Shown: in pieces, positions 39,493-50,863 of the stretch
Numbering within the stretch: the first letter of the stretch is position 1
Layout of the letters: each line of letters starts with the position of its first letter
DNA from: Candidatus Eiseniibacteriota bacterium
GTDB lineage: Bacteria; Eisenbacteria; RBG-16-71-46
NCBI GenBank assembly: GCA_963744995.1
Contig: CAVUWA010000011.1
Location: 64,001-128,000, forward strand
Direction: 5' to 3'
DNA: 64,000 bases
Notes under the pieces: model-generated
What the model was told of the DNA's origin: nothing
The model's input: the letters and a program-made list of their open reading frames with translations, nothing else
Databases searched by the model: none
Made by a program: the position numbers and the translations under genes

Positions 39493-41007
39493 CTACAGTC
39501 CGATCGCGCGCAGCCCCATGCCCACGACGCACGCGCCGAGCAGCACCCACACCGGCATCACGCGCCAGCGCCAGAGCAGCACGAAGCTGACGATCGCGAC
39601 GCCGATGCCCGCGTACGACATCGCGCCCTGACGCAGCAGTACCCAGGCGGCGGCGAACATCAGGCCGACGACGGCCGGCTGAATCCCGTGCAGGAAACCC
39701 TGTACGACGCGATTCCTGCGGAAGCGCTCCACCGAGGCGGCGACGAGCAGCATCATCAGGAACGAGGGCAGGAACACCGCGACCGTCGAGAACACGGCCC
39801 CCGACAGCCCGGCGACGCGGCAGCCGACGAACGTGGCGGTGATCACCACCGGTCCGGGGGTGACCTGCCCGAGCGCCATCGCGTCGGCGAACGCGTGCGG
39901 GGTGAGCCAGTGCTGGCCGCGCACGAGCTCGGCTTCGAGCAGCGGAATCATCACGAAGCCGCCGCCGAAAGTGAACGCCCCGGCGCGCAGGAACACGCCC
40001 GACAGGGCGCCGAGTGAATAGAGCCGCGCGGGCAGCGTGCCGAGCAGCGGCTCCGCGACCAGCAGCCACGGCAGGAATGCGCCCGCGTCGCCGCGCCAGC
40101 CGGTGAGCCTGCGCCACCACGGGCCGACGAGTCGGGCGCTCTCGCGCGCGGTGCGGCGCGCCTGCCAGCGCAACCAGCGCCAGCGCGCGCCGGCGCCCGC
40201 GAACGGTGCGCGCAGCGGACCCGTCGACTCGCGGAACACGCCGAGCAGCCCCGCGAGCCCGATCACCTCGACCACGCCGAGCCCGAAGATGGCGACGCCG
40301 ACGCCGGAGGCCAGCACCACGCCCAGGCTCCAGCGGTCGCGCGCGAGCGCGCGCCAGCCGCCCGGGCGGCCGTCCGCGTCGAGCACCGCCTGCCCGCCGA
40401 GCCGCAACGCGGTCGCCGCCACCAGGCCGCCCACCGCGGGGTTGAGCCCCGCGAACATGCCCTCGACCAGCGACAGACCGCGCAGCCACGGGTAGACCAG
40501 CGCGAAGACCAGCATCAGCAGGAACGACGGCAGCACGAAGCCGATGATCGTTGCGAGTGCGCCGGGCAGGCCGGCCATGCGATAGCCGATGAACGAGAGC
40601 GAGTAGGGCGCGACCGCGCCGGGCAGGCTCTGCGCGACCGCCGCCGATTCGAGGAACAGGCGCTCGCGGATCCAGCGCTTCTCGACCACCAACCGCCGTT
40701 CGATCTGCGCCAGCACCGCGAGCCCGCCGCCGAAGCCGATGGTGCCGAGCGTGAGGCTCTCGCGGAACAGCTCGCGCAGCGCGGGAACCCGCACCAGCGA
40801 GTCGGCGGCGTCGGCGTCGGGCGCGACCGGCACGCTGCCGAGGCGGCGAAAGCGAAAGACGAAGTGGAGCAGCGCCCCGATGGTGACGACGATGAAGCAC
40901 CAGGCGGCGATGCTCGAATCGGTCGCGAGATCCCACGCCATGAGGATGAGCGTGAAGATCGCGGAGCCGATGACGATGGTGCGGCGAACCGGATTTTGCA
41001 GCGGCAT
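39493..41007 (-). CDS. chrA: Chromate efflux transporter (CHR family, long form)
   Basis: GFGGG, AQSLPG, FTFGGG and GQVTPGP motifs. Confidence 0.9.
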   Translation of the reverse strand: MPLQNPVRRTIVIGSAIFTLILMAWDLATDSSIAAWCFIVVTIGALLHFVFRFRRLGSVPVAPDADAADSLVRVPALRELFRESLTLGTIGFGGGLAVLAQIERRLVVEKRWIRERLFLESAAVAQSLPGAVAPYSLSFIGYRMAGLPGALATIIGFVLPSFLLMLVFALVYPWLRGLSLVEGMFAGLNPAVGGLVAATALRLGGQAVLDADGRPGGWRALARDRWSLGVVLASGVGVAIFGLGVVEVIGLAGLLGVFRESTGPLRAPFAGAGARWRWLRWQARRTARESARLVGPWWRRLTGWRGDAGAFLPWLLVAEPLLGTLPARLYSLGALSGVFLRAGAFTFGGGFVMIPLLEAELVRGQHWLTPHAFADAMALGQVTPGPVVITATFVGCRVAGLSGAVFSTVAVFLPSFLMMLLVAASVERFRRNRVVQGFLHGIQPAVVGLMFAAAWVLLRQGAMSYAGIGVAIVSFVLLWRWRVMPVWVLLGACVVGMGLRAIGL

Positions 41008-41345
41008 GGGCGCTTGCGGCCCGGACGGATGCCGGGCCGCGGCGGAGCCTCCATGGGAAGTCGAACGTGACGGGAAGGTGACGACGGAGAATCTTAACGC
41101 AGATCGGCCCCCGCGTGCGGCGCCGCGATGCGGGAGAGCCGGGGCGCGACGCGCCGGCGCGGTGGCACGGCGGGCGGGCGCGGCGCCGAGCGCGCGCGGC
41201 GGACGTGGCCCATGCGGATCAGCATCAGGGCGAAGACCGGGTTCGAGAGCAGCTCTCGTGAGCGGCGCCCAGCAGAAGCGCCGTGAATTGAGCAGCTCTC
41301 AGCAAATAGAGCCCCGGGTTCTGCCGGGAATGCTTACCATGTGGC

Positions 41346-43274
41346 ATGACCCGTTCCGGTCGCGGCATCGTCCTTCTCTCCCTGAGCGCCGGCGCGGTGG
41401 CGCTCGCGTTGTACGCAGCCACGGCACCGCGCACGATCACGTGGTGGGACGGCTCCGCCTACCCCTTGCTCGCGCGCACGCTCTCGATCGGCAATCCGCC
41501 CGGGTCGCTGTTGCTCACGCTCTTCGGCTGGCTCGGAACCCGGGTGCGGATCGTGACGCCCGTCGCGTTCCAGCTCAATCTGCTCGCATGCTTGGTCGGT
41601 GCGGCCACCACCGCGATCGTGGCCGCGCTTGCCGCGAGACTGGCCGCGGCGGAGGGCGAGGCGCCCGACTCGGTTGCGCTCACGGGTGGTGCGATTGCGG
41701 GGCTCGTCTTCGCTGCGTCTCTTCAGGAGTGGATGTACGCAACGCAGTTCACACCTTACGCGCTCACCGCTCTCGCCACGGCTTTGCTCACATGGACGTT
41801 GCTCACCTGGTGGCACCGGGCGGGCGAGCGCGACGCGCTCGGGGCGCTGTTCGTGCTTGCGCTCCTGTTCGGGCTCGACGTGAGCGTGCACCGCACGAAC
41901 CTCGTCTGGCTGCCCGGCGCGTTCGTCGCGGTCGCGCTGCGCCGCCCGCGCGCACTGCGACGACCGGCGACCTGGGCTGCACTCGCCGGCGGACTTGTGG
42001 TGGGCGCCGCGACGCAACTCTTCTATCTCGTGCTCGCGCGCCGCGAACCATTCTATGACTTCGTCGATGTGCGCACACTGAGTGGACTGTGGCACTACGA
42101 GCGGCTCGACATAGTGGGAGGTGGGTTCCTGCTCAACGTTTGGCCACGGCGCGGCGAGTTTTGGCACGTGCAGCTCGGGGACTGGCTTGGCTACTTCTGG
42201 CGCGACGTGGGCGGCTTGACACTCACGCGCGCGGTGGCGCTCGCGCTCGTACTCGCAGGCCTCATGGCGGGACTGCGGCATCAGCCGCGGCGGACGCTGG
42301 CGCTGCTCGCGTGCTTCCTGTTCGCAGGCCTGGGTGTGGTGGTGTATCTCAATCGCCCACCGCAGTTCTTCCGCCCATTGGACCGACACTACCTCGGTTC
42401 GTGGGTTCTCCTCGCCCCGTGGATGGGGGTGGGCGCGGCGCTGTTCACGCGCGGCCTGCGGCGCCGGATTCCACCCGCAGCCGCGATGTGGCTTGTCGCG
42501 CTGCTCGGCGCGGCGCTGGTGGCCGCGGACGTCCGCGCGAACGCGCCACGTTGTGACCGTTCGCGCACACGCTACGCCGAGCAGGTCGCACGTGATTTCC
42601 TGGAGCCGCTGCCGGCGCATGCGGTGCTCATCACCGGCGGCGACAACGACACATTTCCGCTTTGGTACCTGCAGCAGGTCGAGGGCGTTCGCCGGGACGT
42701 GCTCGTACTGAACGAGTCCTGTTGCCGGCTGCCGAGCGTCACCCGGCGGCTACGTCGCCTCGATCCGGCCTTGGCGACGCTGCAAGACCCGGGGTCAACG
42801 CGCCCAGCCCGGCCGGTCGAGGAGATCCTACGTCGGCTCGCGTGGCGGCGCCCGGTCTACCTCGCCGTGACGCTCGCGCCCGGGATGCACCCCGAGATGG
42901 AAGCGCGCGCACGGTTCACCGGCCTCGTGCGCCACGTGCCGGCCCCATGGGACTCGTCCGGCGCGGCGGCCGACCGCGCCGACCTCGAGCGCTTCGTACG
43001 CGAGCGCCTGCCGCATGCGGGCATCGGCGACGCCCGACAGGTGCTCGATGATGACGCCGCCCCGATGCTGATGAACTACATCGCCGCGGGCGCGACGCTT
43101 GCGCGCGAGCAGGCACAGGGCGGCGACCCTGCCGCTGCGCTGGCGACACTCGACTTCATCGAGCGCCGCGTGTCGTTGGCGTCTCTTGGCGAACAGGCCA
43201 GGGAATTGCGCGCGATGTTCGAGGAACTGCGCGGACGCTTTCGCGCCGCGGTCGCTGCGCGCCGGCCCGCCTGA
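41346..43274 (+). CDS. DUF2723 (TMEM260-like) GT-C protein O-mannosyltransferase-like membrane protein
   Basis: WWDG, I.NPPG, GDNDTFPLWYLQQVEGVRRDV and RPVY motifs. Confidence 0.85.
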   Translation: MTRSGRGIVLLSLSAGAVALALYAATAPRTITWWDGSAYPLLARTLSIGNPPGSLLLTLFGWLGTRVRIVTPVAFQLNLLACLVGAATTAIVAALAARLAAAEGEAPDSVALTGGAIAGLVFAASLQEWMYATQFTPYALTALATALLTWTLLTWWHRAGERDALGALFVLALLFGLDVSVHRTNLVWLPGAFVAVALRRPRALRRPATWAALAGGLVVGAATQLFYLVLARREPFYDFVDVRTLSGLWHYERLDIVGGGFLLNVWPRRGEFWHVQLGDWLGYFWRDVGGLTLTRAVALALVLAGLMAGLRHQPRRTLALLACFLFAGLGVVVYLNRPPQFFRPLDRHYLGSWVLLAPWMGVGAALFTRGLRRRIPPAAAMWLVALLGAALVAADVRANAPRCDRSRTRYAEQVARDFLEPLPAHAVLITGGDNDTFPLWYLQQVEGVRRDVLVLNESCCRLPSVTRRLRRLDPALATLQDPGSTRPARPVEEILRRLAWRRPVYLAVTLAPGMHPEMEARARFTGLVRHVPAPWDSSGAAADRADLERFVRERLPHAGIGDARQVLDDDAAPMLMNYIAAGATLAREQAQGGDPAAALATLDFIERRVSLASLGEQARELRAMFEELRGRFRAAVAARRPA

Positions 43275-43343
43275 GCGCGGGGTGACCAGGAACCGGGAAC
43301 CAGGGACGACGGTTGGTGCGAGAACCGCGAGTTTCTGGCCGCG

Positions 43344-44558
43344 TCAGAGCTTGCGGAAGCTCGAAACCAGCGCCACCGCGCGGCGCGGCGTGTGCTCGGG
43401 CGGCTTCGCGTGACCCATGCGGATCAGCATCAGCGGCGACTCGTTGCCGGAGCCGAAGCGGCGCGCGAGCTCGTCGCGGGACTTCTGCTCGAGCAGCGGC
43501 TGGTTGATGGGCTGGTGGCTGATGCCGAGCTGGGTGCAGCGCAGCGCGATGCGTTCATAGGTCTGTCCCGACTTGAGCCACTCCGCCTCGCCCGGCTTCA
43601 TCGACGTGAGCAGGGCGAGCGCGCCCGCGCTGCGCACCTGTGCGCGCGCCTGCTTGCCGGCGCTCTCGGCGCCGAAGCGCAGGAACCAGCTGCCCGGATC
43701 GAAGTAGCTCGCCGCGAACCAGCGCGCCGGCCCGCCGATGTCGAGCGACTCGATGTAGACCCCGTCGCCGTGCGCGCGCAGCTCGCCCTCACTCAACCGC
43801 ATCCAGCCGAAGCGTTCGCGCTGATACGTGGTGTTGTAGGTCTGATCGCGCACCGAATCGCGCGCGAGGTCGGCCACGGCCTCCATCTGGTCATGGTCGT
43901 CGAGCCAGTGGAGCTGCACGCCGTCGGGCACCTGCGCGTTGATCTTGGCGCGATTCTCCATGAACAGGCCGCGGCCGTCGTAGTTGCGCCGGTTCGTGCG
44001 CCGCTCGGGAATCGCCTCGAAGTAGGCCCGGTCGCGCCGGACGTCGCCGCCCACCCACGAAACCTCGGCGACGACGTCATCACGCCCTCCGTACGGGAGG
44101 TACTTCACGGTCGGCACCAGTCCGTAGGCGCGGGCCGCGACCAGCATGTTCTCGAGGGCCGCGCCCAGCGACACCATCATCCAGCGCCGGTCGGGGTCGG
44201 TCGCCGGCAGCGCGCGACGCACGTCAGCCACGATGCGGATCGCGTCGACGTCCGCCTCGAAGCGCCACGGCTGGCTGTTCCAGGTGCTCGGCGCGAGGAT
44301 TGCGGCGCCGATCAGCGCGCGCATGCGTTCGATCGGATCCGCGGGCGGGTCCGCCGGGAGCGACCACGGCTGCAGGGGCACCGCCGCCTGCGCCAGCTTC
44401 TTCGCCCACGCCGCGTGCGGACGCAACGCCGCGTAGGCCGTGGCGCCGCCCGCGAGAATCAGGAACCGGCGCCGGTCGATCGGCACCGAGACGAATTGCG
44501 GCGGCGCGCCGGGGCGGCCCTCGCGGCCGGGTCGGGCTCTGTCCCTGAGACGCTCCAT
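43344..44558 (-). CDS. Acg-family nitroreductase-like FMN protein with a Tat signal
   Basis: DRRRFL Tat motif, APSTWNSQPW, SLGAALEN, RRTNR and RMGH...TPRR. Confidence 0.85.
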   Translation of the reverse strand: MERLRDRARPGREGRPGAPPQFVSVPIDRRRFLILAGGATAYAALRPHAAWAKKLAQAAVPLQPWSLPADPPADPIERMRALIGAAILAPSTWNSQPWRFEADVDAIRIVADVRRALPATDPDRRWMMVSLGAALENMLVAARAYGLVPTVKYLPYGGRDDVVAEVSWVGGDVRRDRAYFEAIPERRTNRRNYDGRGLFMENRAKINAQVPDGVQLHWLDDHDQMEAVADLARDSVRDQTYNTTYQRERFGWMRLSEGELRAHGDGVYIESLDIGGPARWFAASYFDPGSWFLRFGAESAGKQARAQVRSAGALALLTSMKPGEAEWLKSGQTYERIALRCTQLGISHQPINQPLLEQKSRDELARRFGSGNESPLMLIRMGHAKPPEHTPRRAVALVSSFRKL

Positions 44559-44765
44559 TGCCGCAAAACCTGCGCGAGCGGGGCGTCACGCGTCAACCGG
44601 GATCGCTGAACCCGGCCGCGGGCATCGGGTTGCGGGATGGCGCCGCACCGCCGCCCGCCCCCCGTTTGAAGCATGCGCGGCGGGACGTCGAAACGCCGTC
44701 CATGGGCCCCGGAAGGAGCGCGTCGGCTTGCCCCGTCCGGACACGCCGCCTAGTTTCGCCGGGCC

Positions 44766-45263
44766 ATGGAGCCCGCCCGCTTCGCCACCGATCGGTCACT
44801 CGACGAACTCGCCAGACGCCTGCGCTTTCTCGGGCACGATGTCGCGACCTTCGGCGGCGTACCGCTCGCCGAGCTGTTCGAGCTCGCGCGGCGCGAGCAC
44901 CGCACCGTCCTCACCCTCAGCCGGCGTCATCCGCGCCGTTTTGCAGATGTGAACAGGCTCGCCATGCCGCGCGAGGATCTCGCCGCTCAGGTGCGCACCG
45001 TGGACGCCGCACATCCGCCAGCCGGCGCGCCGTTCTCGCGTTGTGCGCTGTGCAACACCGCCTTGCAGCGCCGGCACCCGTTCGAGGCGCGCGGCGAGAT
45101 CCCGGGTCGCGTGCTGCGGCGGCTGCGGATCGCCCTCTACTGCCCCCTGTGCGGGAAGTGGTTCTGGCACGGCAGCCATGTCGACCGCCTGTGCGCGTGG
45201 CTCTCGACGACCCTCGGCCGCCCCGTCACGTGGCCGCACGACGAGCCCGCCGCTTCGCCCTGA
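44766..45263 (+). CDS. Mut7-C RNase (PIN-like) domain protein with Zn ribbon
   Basis: LARRLRFLGHD, SRCALCN and CPLCGKWFWHGSH motifs. Confidence 0.88.
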   Translation: MEPARFATDRSLDELARRLRFLGHDVATFGGVPLAELFELARREHRTVLTLSRRHPRRFADVNRLAMPREDLAAQVRTVDAAHPPAGAPFSRCALCNTALQRRHPFEARGEIPGRVLRRLRIALYCPLCGKWFWHGSHVDRLCAWLSTTLGRPVTWPHDEPAASP

Positions 45264-45490
45264 GCACGGCGCGCCGCGCGGCCTCCGCACGGCCCGGGGC
45301 GCATTGCATCCTCCCTCCCCGTTGTCCAGAATGCGGGCTGGGCGGCGGACCCGCGACACGAACCCGGAGAGCATCGTGGGGAGAGGTTCGGTCGTGCGTG
45401 TTCCCGCCCGCTTCAGCGGACCGCCGTGCATCGTGGAGCGACCTCTCCCGGTGCCGGCGGTTCCGTCTTCGGGCCGGGGTCGCGGCGCGG

Positions 45491-45952
45491 CTACGGGCAG
45501 CGCAGGGAAGAAGCCAGCGCCTTCGCCTTGCGCGCGCTCTGTTCGGCGCGCGAGATCTCGCCCAGTTCCAGCGCCGCACGCGCCTCGCGCAGGAAGTTGA
45601 GGGTCGACTCGATCGTCGACTCCTGCTCGGGCAGCAGGGTGCGGCCGCGGCAGCGCCGCACGGCCGCGCCGGCTTCCGTCGTGTCGGCGATCACCTTCTG
45701 CATCAGCAGCTCGCGCTCGTCCGCCTTCACCACCGGCTCGACCACGATCCGCTCGACCGCGACCGTGTCGGCCTTCGCGGGCTGCTTCGGGGTCGGGCGC
45801 TTCTCGATCGGCACCCCGGCCTCGCGCGATCCGCCGAACATCGCGCAGCCCGACAGCAGCGGCATCACGAGCAGCGTCGCGACCGCCAGGCGCAGCGGCC
45901 GGCGGCCCGCGCGCACCGCACCTGCAACGCGCGGCCGTGGCATCGTCTTCAT
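45491..45952 (-). CDS. Hypothetical lipoprotein
   Basis: Lipobox LSGC; ATGA overlap with the kinase gene. Confidence 0.75.
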   Translation of the reverse strand: MKTMPRPRVAGAVRAGRRPLRLAVATLLVMPLLSGCAMFGGSREAGVPIEKRPTPKQPAKADTVAVERIVVEPVVKADERELLMQKVIADTTEAGAAVRRCRGRTLLPEQESTIESTLNFLREARAALELGEISRAEQSARKAKALASSLRCP

Positions 45953-47433
45953 GCGCCCACCTCCACCGGCTCCTGTAGTTTCAACGGCAGGCGCAGCGCG
46001 ACGTGCGTGCCCTCTCCCGCGTGTGAATCGATTCGCACCGTACCTCCATGCATGCGCGCCACCTGTTGAACGACCGCGAGCCCGATCCCCGTGCCCTGCG
46101 GCCGCGTCGTGAAATAGAGATCGAAGATGCGCGGCAGGACGTCCGCCGGAATCCCCGCGCCGCGGTCGGCGACTTCGATCTCCAGCGTGTCGCCGCCACC
46201 GCTCGCCCGCAGCCTGATCTCGCCGCCGCCGGGCATCGCCTCTTCGGCGTTCGAGATCAGGTTCGACACCGCCTGGCGGATCAGCGCCGTGTCACCCCAG
46301 AACCGCTCCGGCAGCGACGTGCGCTCGACGGTCAGCTTGGTGCGCTGTTCGCGCAGCGTTTCCTCGGCGCGCTCGGCGATGTCCGCGAGCAGCTCGCCGG
46401 GATTGAACCACGTCGCGCGCATTTCGCCGAGCATGGCGAAACGGCGGAAGCCGACCACGATCTGCTCGAGCCGCTTGAGCTCGCTCTCGAGCACGTTCAG
46501 GTGCCGCATGGCCTCGGGCGGGGCGTCCTGCAATTTCCGCTTCAGCTGGCCGAGGTGCAGCGCCGCGGCGTTCAGCGGATCGGCCATCTCGTGGGCGAGC
46601 CCCGAGGCGACGCGCGCCCATTCGGCCATTTTTCCGGTGGCATCCAGCAGCTCGCCCGGATCCACGTGCCCCATGGCCGCCTTGAGCCGCGCGCTTTCGA
46701 GCCGCTCGCCCAGCGCATTGATGGACGAGGCGAGCAGCGCGAGCTCGTCGCGGCCCTCGACGTTCAGCCGGTGCCCGAACTCGCCCTCGCGCAGGCGTTC
46801 GAGCCCGGTCACCGCGTCGCGCACCCGGCGCGTGAGCAGCTGCGCGAACGCCACCGCGACCCCCATCGCGAGCAGCAGGGCGCCGAGAGCGACCCACAGC
46901 CCGGCGCTCAGCTGGCCGAGCAGCTGGGCCCTGAGCAGCGTGGTCGATACGCCGACGCGCACCTCGCCGAACGCGGCGCTGCCGGCCTTGAGCGGCACGA
47001 TCTCGTCGAACGTCTCCGGCGGTCCGAGAATGCGCACCGACTGCGTCACGACGCTGGCTTCGGTGAGGCGCTCGAGCGGCGGCCGCCCCGCCTGCCGGGC
47101 ACCGGTGAGATCGGGCTGGCTGTGCGCCATCGCACGGCCGGCCGGGTCGAACACGCCCATGTCGATGAGCGTCGGATCGCTCGCGAGCGCGCTGCGGAAC
47201 AGCCCTGCGAGCAGCGGGTCCTTCGCTACCGCCTGCACGGCCTCTGTGGCGCTCAGCCCCGATGCGGCGCGGCTCACCAGCACCGCGGCCTCCTGCGCGA
47301 GCGCCGCCGCGCGGTCGGCCGAGGCGCGCACGGTCGCCCGCACCGCGAACGCGGAGTAGATCGCGGTCGCCAGGATCGCGACCACGAGCGCGACGCTGGC
47401 CATGGCCAGCGACAGCCAGCCGCGCAGGCCCAT
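45949..47433 (-). CDS. HAMP sensor histidine kinase
   Basis: Two TM segments, HAMP (DELALL), H-box AHEMADPL, and N, G1, F, G2 boxes. Confidence 0.92.
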   Translation of the reverse strand: MGLRGWLSLAMASVALVVAILATAIYSAFAVRATVRASADRAAALAQEAAVLVSRAASGLSATEAVQAVAKDPLLAGLFRSALASDPTLIDMGVFDPAGRAMAHSQPDLTGARQAGRPPLERLTEASVVTQSVRILGPPETFDEIVPLKAGSAAFGEVRVGVSTTLLRAQLLGQLSAGLWVALGALLLAMGVAVAFAQLLTRRVRDAVTGLERLREGEFGHRLNVEGRDELALLASSINALGERLESARLKAAMGHVDPGELLDATGKMAEWARVASGLAHEMADPLNAAALHLGQLKRKLQDAPPEAMRHLNVLESELKRLEQIVVGFRRFAMLGEMRATWFNPGELLADIAERAEETLREQRTKLTVERTSLPERFWGDTALIRQAVSNLISNAEEAMPGGGEIRLRASGGGDTLEIEVADRGAGIPADVLPRIFDLYFTTRPQGTGIGLAVVQQVARMHGGTVRIDSHAGEGTHVALRLPLKLQEPVEVGA

Positions 47434-47435
47434 GT

Positions 47436-48797
<1,362 letters not shown>

Positions 48798-48971
48798 GGG
48801 TCTCCCTTCTTCCACCGTGTCGTTTTTTCGCGGCTGGAAGATTTTACCCAGTCGGGAGAGGGCTGAAAGCCCTGAATGAGCCTTGGGGGCGATTTCGGAC
48901 ATAATTCACAACTCTTTCCATTACAGCGGGTTGAGGGGGCGGGCCCGGCTTGTGGCGGGGATTCCGCTCGA

Positions 48972-48987
48972 TGGCACCGTTCTGGCA
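48972..48987 (+). promoter_or_regulatory. Putative sigma54 -24/-12 promoter TGGCACCGTTCTGGCA
   Basis: GG-N10-GC spacing. AT-rich UAS-like sites lie upstream at 48835-48850 and 48896-48910. Confidence 0.5.
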
Positions 48988-49100
48988 GTAGGGCAAGCAT
49001 CGGGCCCGGCTCTGCGGGGACGGACCTGATTGCCCATGGACGGGCCCTGCAGGGGTTGGGAAGCGGGAGTCTGTCCGTGGGCAATCAGCGAAAGAAACTG

Positions 49101-49307
49101 GTGCGCGGTACGAGTCGGCGACCGGACGAATGGCCCAGCATCCGAGGATCTTCGAACCGTTCGGCGCCACTCTCCGCGCGCGCGCGTCGTCAGCGGGCGA
49201 AGCGCAGGTGGCGGGCGTTCGCCATCGTCGCCGCCGCCGCCGCGGCCGGGCTGACTTTGTGGCTGTGGTCGTGGCCGTCGATCGCGGCCTTCATGGGAGG
49301 GGATTAG
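49101..49307 (+). CDS. Possible small single-TM protein (68 aa)
   Basis: Basic stretch followed by hydrophobic AFAIVAAAAAAGLTLWLWSW. Start codon is uncertain. Confidence 0.4.
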   Translation: MRGTSRRPDEWPSIRGSSNRSAPLSARARRQRAKRRWRAFAIVAAAAAAGLTLWLWSWPSIAAFMGGD

Positions 49308-49480
49308 AGGCAGGAAGGGCCGAAGCTCGGAGCACGTGAAGCGTTCTCCGAAGTTCGGCCGCCGGCGGGCCCGGAGACACCCGCCGGAATCAGACATCCA
49401 TGGTCGGAACGCCTATTTCCTGGTCCGGAGCGTCTTGGGGAGCGACACAGGTCGGGCGGAATGAACCCAGGATGTCGCCC

Positions 49481-49531
49481 ACCGCCGGTCTTCGGTGCGC
49501 GTCCCGCGCCGGAGCCGGCGGTATTTTTTTT
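49481..49531 (+). terminator. Intrinsic terminator
   Basis: ACCGCCGG...CCGGCGGT long stem followed by ATTTTTTTT. Confidence 0.8.
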
Positions 49532-50001
49532 GCCGGAACCCGGGCCCGCCGGCGCGGGGTAGTTCCTGATGCGGGCCGGGCAGACCAGGGAGTGCCGAGA
49601 CGCCGGGATCGTACTCGCTGCGACCCCCCGGTCGACCCGGTGCCCTGTATCCGGCCCGTTTCTTCGTCGTCAGCGCCTCGCGGGCATCCGGCGCGCGTTG
49701 CCCGCCATCTCGACTCACCGGCCGCTACCGTCAGGTCGCATGACCCACGACGTCGCCGTCCGCGACGCAGCGGCCCCGTGGAGGCCGGACCTCTGCCCGC
49801 GGATCGGCGTTCCGTGCGCCACCGTCCCCCCCCGCGCGTTGCGGCGCGCGGGCGGCGGCGCCGGACCGGCCCGTCGCACCTGCCGCCCGCGCAGCGCCGC
49901 GACGATCCAGCCGGCCGGGCGTCCGCCGGCTCGCGGTGTGCGAACGGATCGGGCTAGAATCTTCGCGGCTCACCTCACCCACGTCCCCCCCGGCCCACCG
50001 C

Positions 50002-50859
50002 ATGGATCTCTCGGTCGTCACCGTCAACTACCGCTCGCTGGACCCGCTGCTCGCGTGCCTGGACTCGCTGGCCGCCGCGGCGCCCGGACTCGCGTACGAG
50101 ACCGTGGTCGTGGACAACGAGCAGGCGAGCGGGGTCAGGGCCGCGCTCGCGGCGCGCCACCCCGGGGTGCGGGTGATCGAGAACGCGGAGAACGCCGGCT
50201 ACGCCCGTGCGGTCAACCAGGGGATCCGCGCGACCGGGGCCGAGTTCGTCCTGGTCCTGAATCCCGACTGCGAGCTCCGCCCGGACGCCGTGCGGGTGCT
50301 GGTGGACTACCTGCGCGCGCACCCGGCCGCGGCGGTGGCGGGCCCGAAGATCCTCAATCCCGACGGCACGCTCGAGTACTCGGCGCGCTCGTTCCCGACC
50401 CATCTCACGTTCCTCTTCAACCGCTACTCGCTGCTCACCCGCCTGTTCCCGGACAATCGCTACTCGCGCGCCTACCTGCTCACCGACTGGGATCACGCCT
50501 CGGTGCGCGCCGTGGACTGGCTGTCCGGCGCATGCCTGCTGGTGCGGCGCAGCGCGATCGACGAGGTCGGCCCGATGGACGAGGCGTTCTTCATGTTCAA
50601 CGAGGATGTGGACTGGTGCCGCCGCATGAAGCTGTCGGGCAACGAGGTCGTCTACGTGCCTGATGCGGTGATCGTGCACCACGTCGGCGCCAGTCGCCGC
50701 AAAGTGGCGGCGCGCGTGATCTACCGCCGGCACCGCGGCATGATCCACTACTTCCACAAGCACTACCCGACGAACCCGCTGCTCGCGCTGTTCGCGGATG
50801 CGCTGATCATGGCCCGCGCCGGCGTGATGATCGCCGCGAACGCGCTGCGGCCGCGCTAG
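50002..50859 (+). CDS. GT2 family glycosyltransferase (WbbL/rhamnosyltransferase-like)
   Basis: VVDN, NAGYARAVN, LNPD, SGAC and FNEDVDWC motifs. Confidence 0.9.
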   Translation: MDLSVVTVNYRSLDPLLACLDSLAAAAPGLAYETVVVDNEQASGVRAALAARHPGVRVIENAENAGYARAVNQGIRATGAEFVLVLNPDCELRPDAVRVLVDYLRAHPAAAVAGPKILNPDGTLEYSARSFPTHLTFLFNRYSLLTRLFPDNRYSRAYLLTDWDHASVRAVDWLSGACLLVRRSAIDEVGPMDEAFFMFNEDVDWCRRMKLSGNEVVYVPDAVIVHHVGASRRKVAARVIYRRHRGMIHYFHKHYPTNPLLALFADALIMARAGVMIAANALRPR

Positions 50860-50863
50860 AGCC

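Noticed and set aside
49720..49735. ops-like sequence GACGGTAGCG near the glycosyltransferase operon
   Set aside because: It mismatches GGCGGTAG and is on the strand opposite the GT2/WecA genes.
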